Origin: a virus
Taxonomy: Duplodnaviria > Heunggongvirae > Uroviricota > Caudoviricetes
DNA: 44,449 nucleotides
Strand: one strand, 5' to 3'
Virus record (IMG/VR): IMGVR_UViG_3300045993_000138
Shown: one piece after another, positions 24,831 through 33,614 of the stretch
How positions within the stretch are numbered: the first letter of the stretch is position 1
How the letters are laid out: the number at the start of each line of letters is the position of its first letter
Notes under the pieces: model-generated
Database searches by the model: none
What the model was told of the DNA's origin: nothing
The model's input: the letters and a program-made list of their open reading frames with translations, nothing else
Made by a program: the position numbers and the translations under genes

Positions 24831-25124
24831 ATGATGAATATTGTATTTTTAAAGATTGTAACAGGTGAAGAAGTTGTCGGAGAACTAATTTCAAATGAAG
24901 GAAACTATGTCGTCAAGAATACCTTGATGTTGATTCCACAACAAGATCGCGATAGTGGCAAGATTCTATATGGATTTGTACCTTGGGGTCCAATGGCAGA
25001 TGGCGATAAGACAATCCCACAGTCTGCTGTAATTTACGCATCAGAACCAACGGATGATTTAAAGAATAGTTACGCATCACTATTCAGTGGACTTGTAGTT
25101 CCTCCAAAGCAATTAATAACTTGA
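24831..25124 (+). CDS. Conserved T4-like hypothetical protein upstream of gp43 (Sm-like)
   Basis: K..TGEEVVGEL, F.PW, V......P..DL.N.Y..LFSG.VVP motif; RBS AGGAG. Confidence 0.7.
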   Translation: MMNIVFLKIVTGEEVVGELISNEGNYVVKNTLMLIPQQDRDSGKILYGFVPWGPMADGDKTIPQSAVIYASEPTDDLKNSYASLFSGLVVPPKQLIT

Positions 25125-25149
25125 TATCCACCCCGAAAGGTGGTATAAT
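25121..25149 (+). promoter_or_regulatory. Promoter for gp43 with a hairpin in the spacer
   Basis: TTGATA-17-TATAAT (TGn extended -10); CCACC-CCGAAA-GGTGG. Confidence 0.7.
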
Positions 25150-25178
25150 GTAGATTGTTGTTTTGAGTTGGAGCATTA

Positions 25179-27719
25179 ATGTTTTATACCAATGTTAGCA
25201 TGATTGGCGATAACATCCTTTATCGTGGAGTAAAGGATGGAAAGAGAATCCGCCAGAAGATCAAGTACAAGCCGAAGCTTTATGTGAAGAGTGAGAAAGG
25301 TGAGAAGTGGCAAACACTCTTCAAAGAACCTCTGGAAGAAATGGTGTTTCCTACTATCAGGGATGCCCGTAACTTCGTAAAGCAATATGAAGATGTTTCC
25401 AACTTCCAGATATACGGACAGACTCGCTATGATTCGGCGTTTCTGTCCGATGCATTTCCAGATCAAGTATCTTGGGATGTTTCACATATTCTAATTTCAT
25501 ATCTCGACATCGAAGTTCGCTCGGACGATGGGTTTCCACAACCAGAAGATGCGAACCATGAAATCACAGCAATCACACTTCATCTAAGAGACAAGTACTA
25601 CACATTCGGCTGTGGGGATTATACTCCACACCGTGATGATGTGATTTATACGAAGTGTTCTGATGAATTCGATCTACTAAACAAGTTCATCGATCTATGG
25701 ACACAGTACTATCCAGACATTGTTTCTGGCTGGAACGTTAAGTTCTTCGATATCACATACCTTGTCAATCGTATTGCCAAATTATTCGGTGAAGATAAGG
25801 TCAAGAAGCTTTCCCCTTGGGGTAAGGTTTCTGAATCCAAGGGAAATTACAAGGGTCGCGACATAACCTCATATAGCATTATGGGTATCGCGATTCTGGA
25901 CTATATGGAACTTTACCGTAAGTATTCATCAAATCCAAACCAAGAATCTTTCTCTCTGAACAATATCGCATATGTCGAACTTGGTGAGAAAAAGACCGAC
26001 TATTCTGACTATGAAAGCTTGAACGATCTGTTCATCCGAAATTATCAGTTGTTCATTGAATATAACATCCGCGACGTAGAACTTCCTGAAAGAATGGAAG
26101 ATAAGTTGGGTCTTATCAGTCTTGCCTTGACTCTAGCCTACTATGTCAAGGTCAACTTCGAAGATGTATTCTCTCAGGTTCGTATTTGGGATACGTTCAC
26201 AAACAACGTCTTGAAGAGTAAGCATATCGTAGTTCCTCCAAAGAGAAACTCCAAGAAGGATCAGCAATATGCCGGTGCGTATGTAAAAGACCCAATTCTT
26301 GGAATGCATAAGTGGGTTGCGTCATTCGACTTGAACTCACTATACCCTCACTTGATTATGATGTATAATCTCAGTCCAGAAACTCTGGTAGATGTCATGC
26401 ATTATCCAGACGAAATTCGTGAATTCATGTCTAAGAATGCACGTAATATCACCGTGGATAAGCTTCTGGATAAGGTTGTAGATACCAGTCCTCTAAAGAA
26501 GTACAACTTGACGTTAACTCCGAATGCGCAGTTGTTCTCTACTGTGAAGCAGGGATTCCTTTCTGAAATTATGGAAACCATGTATGAAGATCGTTCGATC
26601 TATAAGTCGAAGGCAATTGAAGCACGTAAGCGCAAGGAACTTGCGGTAAGCGAACAGGAAAAGACAGAACTCGACAAGCAGATTGCACACTACAATAACA
26701 TGCAGCTAGCGATGAAGGTTACACTGAACTCGGCTTACGGTGCTATCGGTAATCCATATTTCAGATTCTATGATATTCGCATTGCAGAAGCAATTACAAT
26801 GTCTGGTCAGTTGGGTATTCGTTGGATCGAACGTCGTCTGAACAAATATCTGAACGAAATGTTGGAAACTACTGATGCTGATTATGTCATTGCATCAGAT
26901 ACCGATTCGATCTACCTGAATCTAGGTGGAGTCGTAGACAGATTCATTCCAAATCAAGATAATCGCTTGAAAGTTATTCGCATGTTGGATAAGTTCTGTG
27001 AGAATAAACTTCAGAAGTTCATTGATGAATCCTATGAGGAACTCAAGGAATATCTGAATGCTTATGCACAGAAGATGGTCATGAAGCGTGAAGCATTAGC
27101 CGATAGAGCAATTTGGACTGCCAAGAAGCGTTATCTGATCAATGTGTATAACAACGAAGGTGTCGAATACAAGAAGCCTAAGCTTAAGATCATGGGTCTA
27201 CAGGCTATTCAGTCATCGACTCCACAATCCTGCCGTGAGAAGATTAAGGAGGCTTTTGAGCATATCATCACCAAAGATGAAACATTCGTAATGAAGTTCA
27301 TTGAGAACTTTCGTAAGGAATTCTCAAATCTTCCGGTGGATCAGGTTGCCTTTCCTCGCGGAATTAATGGAATGGAGAAGTATGCGGACAACAATACTGT
27401 GTATGGTTTCAAGACACCAATGCATGTAAAAGGTGCCCTATATTACAATCATCATTTGAAGAAGAACAACATAGATAAGAAGTATCCTCAGATTCGTGAT
27501 GGGGATAAGATCAAATTCGTAATGCTGAAAGAGCCAAATCCAATTCAATCACCAGTGATAGCGTTTCCAAATATTATTCCGAAAGAATTTGACTTGGAGA
27601 ACTATATCGACTATAATACACAATTCGACAAAGCTTTTCTAGAACCACTCAAGGCAGTCTTGACTGCCATTGGATGGGAATCGGAAAAGACAAGTTCACT
27701 AGAATCACTATTCGCATAA
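25179..27719 (+). CDS. gp43: Family B DNA polymerase
   Basis: ExoI DIEV, ExoII GWNVKFFD, ExoIII YNIRD, motif A SFDLNSLYPH, motif B KVTLNSAYG, motif C ASDTDS, KKRY; no intein or intron seen. Confidence 0.97.
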   Translation: MFYTNVSMIGDNILYRGVKDGKRIRQKIKYKPKLYVKSEKGEKWQTLFKEPLEEMVFPTIRDARNFVKQYEDVSNFQIYGQTRYDSAFLSDAFPDQVSWDVSHILISYLDIEVRSDDGFPQPEDANHEITAITLHLRDKYYTFGCGDYTPHRDDVIYTKCSDEFDLLNKFIDLWTQYYPDIVSGWNVKFFDITYLVNRIAKLFGEDKVKKLSPWGKVSESKGNYKGRDITSYSIMGIAILDYMELYRKYSSNPNQESFSLNNIAYVELGEKKTDYSDYESLNDLFIRNYQLFIEYNIRDVELPERMEDKLGLISLALTLAYYVKVNFEDVFSQVRIWDTFTNNVLKSKHIVVPPKRNSKKDQQYAGAYVKDPILGMHKWVASFDLNSLYPHLIMMYNLSPETLVDVMHYPDEIREFMSKNARNITVDKLLDKVVDTSPLKKYNLTLTPNAQLFSTVKQGFLSEIMETMYEDRSIYKSKAIEARKRKELAVSEQEKTELDKQIAHYNNMQLAMKVTLNSAYGAIGNPYFRFYDIRIAEAITMSGQLGIRWIERRLNKYLNEMLETTDADYVIASDTDSIYLNLGGVVDRFIPNQDNRLKVIRMLDKFCENKLQKFIDESYEELKEYLNAYAQKMVMKREALADRAIWTAKKRYLINVYNNEGVEYKKPKLKIMGLQAIQSSTPQSCREKIKEAFEHIITKDETFVMKFIENFRKEFSNLPVDQVAFPRGINGMEKYADNNTVYGFKTPMHVKGALYYNHHLKKNNIDKKYPQIRDGDKIKFVMLKEPNPIQSPVIAFPNIIPKEFDLENYIDYNTQFDKAFLEPLKAVLTAIGWESEKTSSLESLFA

Positions 27720-27728
27720 GGAAATACA

Positions 27729-28787
27729 ATGAGTTTATTAGACAAGATTAAGAAGAATTCAACAATCAAAGAATCGGCAATTCTTTCAAAATCAAAGTTT
27801 TTCAACGACAAAGACTCCATCCCTACCTCCATTCCAGCAGTGAACATTGCGTTGTCTGGAAGACTAGATGGTGGACTAACTCCGGGTCTTACAATGTGGG
27901 CTGGACCTTCAAAGCACTTCAAGACTGGATTCAGTCTATTGATGGTGAAGTCTTACATGGATCAGTATCCAGATGCCGTTGTTCTATACTATGACTCCGA
28001 ATTCGGTACTCCAAAGAGTTACTTCGAAACATTCCAAATTGACATGGAACGTGTCATTCATACGCCACTGACAGATATCGAACAGTTGAAGTTTGATATC
28101 ATGAACCAATTGAAGTCAGTAGAGCGTGGCGATAAGCTAATGATCATCATTGACTCTATCGGTCAATTGGCATCCAAGAAGGAAATTGAAGACGCATTGG
28201 ATCAGAAGTCCACAACAGACATGACTCGCGCAAAGCAAGTCAAGTCACTATTCAGAATGGTAACACCACACCTGAATCTAAAGGATATTCCAATGGTTGT
28301 TGTCAACCACACATACAAGACTATGGAACTATATTCCAAGGATGTTGTCGGTGGTGGAACAGGATCTTACTATTCAGCCGACAATATCTTTATTCTCGGT
28401 CGTCAACAGGAAAAGGACGGTACAGAACTTGTCGGATACAACTTCATTATCAATGTTGAGAAGTCACGTTATGTCCGAGAGAAGGCAAAGATTCCAGTCG
28501 AAATTACATTCGATGGTGGTATCTCCAAGTGGTCTGGATTGCTAGCAATGGCACTTCTTTCTGGTCACGTAACAAAGCCATCGAACGGATGGTATTCTCG
28601 CACCGATACCGACACTGGTGAAGTAGAAGAAAGAAAGTGGCGTGAGAACGATACCAATTCAGAAGAATTCTGGAATCCAGTTCTTGAGAACGAATCCTTC
28701 AAGCAATGGGTAATGGACAATTATCGTCAGGGTAATGGTTCGATTATTAAGGATGTTCCAGCAATAGAGGAAGAAGAAGATGCGTAA
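27729..28787 (+). CDS. uvsX: RecA-like recombinase UvsX
   Basis: AGPSKHFKT Walker A, YDSEFG, IIIDSIG, VNHTY, GGTGSYYSAD. Confidence 0.95.
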   Translation: MSLLDKIKKNSTIKESAILSKSKFFNDKDSIPTSIPAVNIALSGRLDGGLTPGLTMWAGPSKHFKTGFSLLMVKSYMDQYPDAVVLYYDSEFGTPKSYFETFQIDMERVIHTPLTDIEQLKFDIMNQLKSVERGDKLMIIIDSIGQLASKKEIEDALDQKSTTDMTRAKQVKSLFRMVTPHLNLKDIPMVVVNHTYKTMELYSKDVVGGGTGSYYSADNIFILGRQQEKDGTELVGYNFIINVEKSRYVREKAKIPVEITFDGGISKWSGLLAMALLSGHVTKPSNGWYSRTDTDTGEVEERKWRENDTNSEEFWNPVLENESFKQWVMDNYRQGNGSIIKDVPAIEEEEDA

Positions 28788-29316
28788 ATATTTACAGCCT
28801 TATATTGATAAATTTACAAGTTGGAATCGAAATCGAAAGTACAAAGAAAACGTCTATTTCGAAATTGAACCTAACGTAACTCACACAGGTCTTTTACCCA
28901 TAAAGTTGCTAAAGGGACAGTTTTCTGGTACAATATACAGTTACGGTACCATCAAAGTTGGCGACCCAATGGAACCAGAATACATGGGACAGATGGCAAC
29001 GTTCGACGTTGAAGTAGTGATTGGAAACCAGAATATAACTGCGGATCCAAAGTTTCAACAGATTTCAGGAGACATTCTCCTAGTTATTCTAGAAACGGCT
29101 ATTAGAAAAGAAGGTGGATTAAATCTTGAGCAAAAGAGACTAACAGATGAAGAAGATAGAGAAGATTATTTTGAAGAACTTGTTCCTCAACGAACAGTTC
29201 GTAAGAAAGATCCTGCCGTATCTAAAAAGCGAATATCTTCAGGAAAGAAGCGAAAGAATACTGTACGAGGAAATAAACAAGTACGTTCTAAAGTTCAACC
29301 TGATTCCGACGCATGA
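28780..29316 (+). CDS. gp40-like head vertex assembly chaperone (tentative) with a long C-terminal overlap into gp41
   Basis: IKLL.G.FSG.IYSYG.I pattern and T4-like position between uvsX and gp41. Confidence 0.55.
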   Translation: MRKYLQPYIDKFTSWNRNRKYKENVYFEIEPNVTHTGLLPIKLLKGQFSGTIYSYGTIKVGDPMEPEYMGQMATFDVEVVIGNQNITADPKFQQISGDILLVILETAIRKEGGLNLEQKRLTDEEDREDYFEELVPQRTVRKKDPAVSKKRISSGKKRKNTVRGNKQVRSKVQPDSDA

Positions 29317-30538
29317 AGCAATTCAGATAGAACTTGGTAATCGTGATGGTCTTTATGAAGAAGACTTCAAGAAGTGCCAGATTCTACTTGATGAACTTAA
29401 GGAAGAGATTGAGCCAAGTCCAGCGGATTGGATTCTTGAACAGACTGAAAAGTTCTGTCAAGAGAAGGCAATTCACAATGCCATCCTAGAGTCTATTCAG
29501 ATTCTGGATGGCAAGTCTAAGACTGAAAAGGGTAAGGGATCTATTCCTAGCATCCTTTCGGAAGCCTTGTCTATTTCGTTTGATCCAAATATCGGTCACG
29601 ATTATATCGAAAATGCGGATCAGAGATACGAGTACTACCACAAGCAAGAGAAGCGTATTCCATTCGATCTGGATTATTTCAACAGAATCACAAAGGGTGG
29701 CTTGCCACAGAAAACACTGAACATCGTACTCGCGGGTACTGGTGTCGGTAAGTCATTGTTCATGTGTCACCATGCAGCAGCATGTCTTGCACAGAACTTC
29801 AATGTACTCTATATTACCCTAGAAATGTCGGAAGAAAAGATCGCAGAACGTATCGATGCGAACCTAATGAATGTGAAGCTGGAAGATCTTATGAATCTTC
29901 CACAGAAGGACTATGATCGTAAGATTGAACGCCTAAAGGAGAAAATCAAGGGTAAGCTGATTATCAAGGAATATCCAACTGCGGCTGCTGGTGTAGTCCA
30001 TTTCCGTAATTTGATAAACGAATTGTCATTGAAGAAACATTTCAAGCCAGATATCCTGTTCATTGACTATTTGAACATTTGTACTTCGGCACGATTGAAG
30101 CATGGTGCCAACGTGAACTCATATTCCTACATTAAGGCAATTGCAGAAGAACTTCGTGGATTGGCAGTGGAATTCAAGATTCCAGTCATGTCTGCGACAC
30201 AGACAACCCGTTCTGGATTTACAAACACTGATCCGGGTCTTGAAGATACATCAGAATCTTTCGGTCTACCTGCAACGGCAGACTTGATGTTTGCACTAGT
30301 AACCAGTGAAGAACTCGAAAAACTGAATCAGATTATGGTAAAGCAGTTGAAAAACCGTTATAATGATCCGACCCTAAATAAGAGGTTCGCAATCGGTGTT
30401 GACAGATCCAAGATGAAACTGTATGATATCGAACAGAGCGCACAAAAGGGTATTTCAGATTCAGGACAAAATAATGATCCACCTCCACCAAGAAATGGCG
30501 GTGGAGGCAAGTCAAAGTTCAGTTCACTAAAGGTGTAA
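29147..30538 (+). CDS. gp41: Replicative DnaB-like helicase
   Basis: AEKFCQEKAI, IGHDY, AGTGVGKSL, ITLEMSEE, IDYL, ELRGLAVE, SATQT, GLPATAD, QLKNRY. Confidence 0.97.
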   Translation: MKKIEKIILKNLFLNEQFVRKILPYLKSEYLQERSERILYEEINKYVLKFNLIPTHEAIQIELGNRDGLYEEDFKKCQILLDELKEEIEPSPADWILEQTEKFCQEKAIHNAILESIQILDGKSKTEKGKGSIPSILSEALSISFDPNIGHDYIENADQRYEYYHKQEKRIPFDLDYFNRITKGGLPQKTLNIVLAGTGVGKSLFMCHHAAACLAQNFNVLYITLEMSEEKIAERIDANLMNVKLEDLMNLPQKDYDRKIERLKEKIKGKLIIKEYPTAAAGVVHFRNLINELSLKKHFKPDILFIDYLNICTSARLKHGANVNSYSYIKAIAEELRGLAVEFKIPVMSATQTTRSGFTNTDPGLEDTSESFGLPATADLMFALVTSEELEKLNQIMVKQLKNRYNDPTLNKRFAIGVDRSKMKLYDIEQSAQKGISDSGQNNDPPPPRNGGGGKSKFSSLKV

Positions 30539-30541
30539 GAC

Positions 30542-31240
30542 ATGGCAGGTAATGCAGGATTTCTTTACGAACAAAAAATAAACAAACTCTTGAAGAGTAC
30601 TGGTCTTCAAGATAAGAGTTTTCGTCCTGCCGGATCTGATTCAAATGCTCCTGATGCCATGCTTACTTTGGATGGGAAGGATCATAAGGTGGAAGTCAAA
30701 CTAGATCTAAAAGTTGATTTTGGTCAAGGATCTCTTGATTTCGATTTGAAAAAGAAACACTGGACTCTTGGTGGAGCAAACACAGAATCTGGAAAACAAA
30801 TGAGAGAGTTTCTTGAATCTATTGGAGTTCCGAAAATTGTGGATAAGGCATGGGGTAGAGAACCACCTAGAAAATTCACTGTGCCTTTAGCTAAATTTAA
30901 AAATCAAGATGTAGCATATGACTATACTAATTTCAGAGACAAATTTGTAAATATTCCATCTGACGCAGTTGCTAACTATTATGCAAGTAAGCACACATAT
31001 TACATGCAGGTTGGTGGTGGATACGGTTTATTCTATATGGGTGAGAACCCTGCAAAATTAGATATTCCAGAATTTAAGCCATCCCTAAGACTTAGAATTC
31101 GTCTAAAGCGCGGAGGCAGTAATCCAATATACAATTACAGATTCACAACAGCACTCCAAGCAACAACATTGAATAGGTCTAAAGTGGATCTTGAAGACAA
31201 AGTTGAATTAGAGGCAATGGCAGCAAGATCAAAAAAATAA
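30542..31240 (+). CDS. Putative PD-(D/E)XK restriction-fold nuclease
   Basis: E..I...L, then PD(AM) ... (V)EVK catalytic pattern (SNAPDAMLTLDGKDHKVEVKL), DFGQG, YY..K..YYMQ. Confidence 0.6.
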   Translation: MAGNAGFLYEQKINKLLKSTGLQDKSFRPAGSDSNAPDAMLTLDGKDHKVEVKLDLKVDFGQGSLDFDLKKKHWTLGGANTESGKQMREFLESIGVPKIVDKAWGREPPRKFTVPLAKFKNQDVAYDYTNFRDKFVNIPSDAVANYYASKHTYYMQVGGGYGLFYMGENPAKLDIPEFKPSLRLRIRLKRGGSNPIYNYRFTTALQATTLNRSKVDLEDKVELEAMAARSKK

Positions 31241-31242
31241 TT

Positions 31243-32226
31243 ATGACTATATTAATTACTGGCGGGTGTGGTTTTATTGGCACCAATTTTATCATAAATT
31301 TCGCAAAGCAGTTTCCAGACGAAACAATTATCAATCTAGACAAGCTAACGTATGCAGCAAATCTGGGTGTGGATGAACTTCATAAACGCTTTATCACCAA
31401 TAGAAGATATAAGCAATGTGTTGGTGACATTGGATCACATGCATTAGTACGTGATCTTATTGTAAAATACAAGCCAGAAATGATCATCAATTTCGCTGCC
31501 GAAAGCCACGTTGATCGTTCGATCAATGATTCTTCTCCTTTCATTAAAACCAATGTGATGGGAACAATGAACCTACTGGATTGCATTCGTAAATACGTAA
31601 CTTGGGATTATAGGTTTCTCCATGTCTCTACAGATGAAGTATATGGTTCTCTCTTACTTGAAGATCCACCATTTACAGAACAAACTCCATACGATCCAAG
31701 ATCACCATATTCAGCCTCAAAGGCAGCATCAGATCATCTGGTAAACGCATATCGACATACACACGGTCTTCAGACAATTATTACTAATTGCTCCAATAAT
31801 TATGGTCCTTTTCAACATCAGGAAAAGTTCATTCCTACAGTAATTTTAAAGGCACTCGGAGGTGAAAAGATTCCTGTGTATGGAAACGGTGCCAATATTC
31901 GTGATTGGATATATGTAGAAGATCACTGTGATGCTCTTATCAAAGTTTTATTGGAAGGTAGGATTGGAGATAAGTATAATATCGGTGGAAAAGAAGAGAA
32001 GACTAATTTGGATATCGCAAAGTATATTCTAAATTATCTTGAAATTTCACACGATATGATAGATTTTGTAGAAGACCGAAAGGGGCATGATTTTCGATAT
32101 GCCATAGATACCACAAAGATAGAATTAGGTTTGGGTTGGTATTCTAAGACATTTTTCAGTAAAGGTATTGAAAAGACTATCGAGTGGTACTCCAGCCATC
32201 GATATTTGTTCCGTCAAATCATATAA
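31243..32226 (+). CDS. rmlB: dTDP-glucose 4,6-dehydratase
   Basis: ITGGCGFIG, DKLTYA, FAAESHVDRSI, STDEVYGSL, YSASKA, NCSNNYGP, RDWIYVEDH, DRKGHD.RYA. Confidence 0.95.
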   Translation: MTILITGGCGFIGTNFIINFAKQFPDETIINLDKLTYAANLGVDELHKRFITNRRYKQCVGDIGSHALVRDLIVKYKPEMIINFAAESHVDRSINDSSPFIKTNVMGTMNLLDCIRKYVTWDYRFLHVSTDEVYGSLLLEDPPFTEQTPYDPRSPYSASKAASDHLVNAYRHTHGLQTIITNCSNNYGPFQHQEKFIPTVILKALGGEKIPVYGNGANIRDWIYVEDHCDALIKVLLEGRIGDKYNIGGKEEKTNLDIAKYILNYLEISHDMIDFVEDRKGHDFRYAIDTTKIELGLGWYSKTFFSKGIEKTIEWYSSHRYLFRQII

Positions 32227-32239
32227 AATATAAGAAATC

Positions 32240-32246
32240 CTAAATA
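32240..32246 (+). promoter_or_regulatory. Possible late promoter (CTAAATA variant) opening the internal-protein cluster
   Basis: CTAAATA 34 nt upstream of the 32280 ATG, at the transition from replication genes to CTS-bearing genes. Confidence 0.45.
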
Positions 32247-32279
32247 AAGGAGGTATAATAGAGGAACAGATCCCCTAAA

Positions 32280-32903
32280 ATGATAACATTTAGAGCCTTT
32301 TTACAAGAAAATCAATCCGAAAATGCAGGACACCTGCACGTTTTCGATGTCGATGAAACCCTCTTTCGAACCCATGCCAAAGTCCATGTCATGCATGGAG
32401 ACAAACACGTAGCTGCCCTGTCAAATCAGGAATATAACACTCATAAGCTACCTGCTGGACACCATTACGATTACCATGAGTTCCGTAATGCCGACCATTT
32501 CCATAAAACTTCCGATCCTATTCACGGCATGATTGCGAAGTTCAAGGCTATCCACAATAACATCAAGGATAAGCCAAACCACCATGTCATCATCAACACT
32601 GCCCGTGCTGATTTCGATGACAAACACAAGTTCCTAGACAAATTCCGTAAGCATGGAATCGACATAGATCGAAGCCATGTCTATCGTGCAGGTAACTCTG
32701 ATGGTGGCAAATCCGTAGCCGAACGTAAAACAGATATAATTCACCATCACCTAAATACTGGTAAGTACAAGAAAGTGTCTTTGTATGACGATAGTAAGGA
32801 AAATCTAAACCATTTTCTTGGATTACAGAAGCACCATCCACAAGTCAAGTTTCACGCATTTCATGTCCAGCACGATGGACATGTGAAAGTCCATAGGGAA
32901 TAA
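32280..32903 (+). CDS. His-rich HAD-family phosphatase with N-terminal capsid-targeting-like sequence
   Basis: MITFRAFLQE start; HAD motif I FDVDET, motif II NTAR, motif III K, motif IV YDDS; 30 of 207 residues are His. Confidence 0.75.
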   Translation: MITFRAFLQENQSENAGHLHVFDVDETLFRTHAKVHVMHGDKHVAALSNQEYNTHKLPAGHHYDYHEFRNADHFHKTSDPIHGMIAKFKAIHNNIKDKPNHHVIINTARADFDDKHKFLDKFRKHGIDIDRSHVYRAGNSDGGKSVAERKTDIIHHHLNTGKYKKVSLYDDSKENLNHFLGLQKHHPQVKFHAFHVQHDGHVKVHRE

Positions 32904-32904
32904 T

Positions 32905-33090
32905 ATGAAGACATATAAAGAGATCATAGCAGAAATATCATCCAAGACAGCCAAGTGGAACGCTTTTATGGCACGCGCCAGAGAAAACGAAAAGCATTGG
33001 GATGATTACGCAAATGCAAAGCCGGAAGACAGACCTAATACTGTTATTGGAAAAAGCGTAGCCAAGAAGAAAACATACAAGAAGATGTAA
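32905..33090 (+). CDS. Small internal-protein-like basic peptide
   Basis: MKTYKEIIAE closely resembles the T4 IP capsid-targeting sequence MKTYQEFIAE; TAATG coupling. Confidence 0.7.
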   Translation: MKTYKEIIAEISSKTAKWNAFMARARENEKHWDDYANAKPEDRPNTVIGKSVAKKKTYKKM

Positions 33091-33614
33091 TGAAAACATT
33101 CAAGCAATATCTAAACGAGTCCGTGCATGATCATCTTGATCATTTTGTGGGCTTTGCCAGCAATCATCTAGGTCTGGATAATCCTCCAAGCATTGAACTT
33201 GTAGACGACAAGGAACATGCACAGGAGAATGCATCGTTTGGTGGTTATTCTCCGAGTGACCATTCTATCAAAGTGAACATTGCAGGAAGACATACTGCCG
33301 ACGTTTTCAGGACTCTTGCACACGAATTAGTGCATCACAAACAGAACCTAGATAATCGTATCCAACACGATTCTGGAGCAACTGGAAGTGACATTGAGAA
33401 TGAAGCAAACAGTCAGGCTGGCGTGATCATGAGAAACTATGCCAAGGCAAACAGAGCAATCTTTGAAGCAAGAAGAAAGCCACAGAATCCTGCTGACTAT
33501 CCTCATGTTCAGAATGCTCTATTAGGTAAAAAGAGAAAGGTTATGTTCTCAGCAGACAAGCCAGAAAAAAAGGTTCGCAAAGGTCGTGTTCGTTGGCACA
33601 TAGAAAAGATGTAA
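33090..33614 (+). CDS. Zincin-like metallopeptidase with capsid-targeting-like N-terminus
   Basis: MKTFKQYLNE start; TLAHELVHHKQ (HExxH) and downstream ENEAN third-ligand motif. Confidence 0.75.
   Translation: MKTFKQYLNESVHDHLDHFVGFASNHLGLDNPPSIELVDDKEHAQENASFGGYSPSDHSIKVNIAGRHTADVFRTLAHELVHHKQNLDNRIQHDSGATGSDIENEANSQAGVIMRNYAKANRAIFEARRKPQNPADYPHVQNALLGKKRKVMFSADKPEKKVRKGRVRWHIEKM

Noticed and set aside
25179-30538. Inteins or group I introns in gp43, uvsX or gp41
   Set aside because: ORFs are continuous and of normal length, with no C/S...HN splice motifs or LAGLIDADG inserts.
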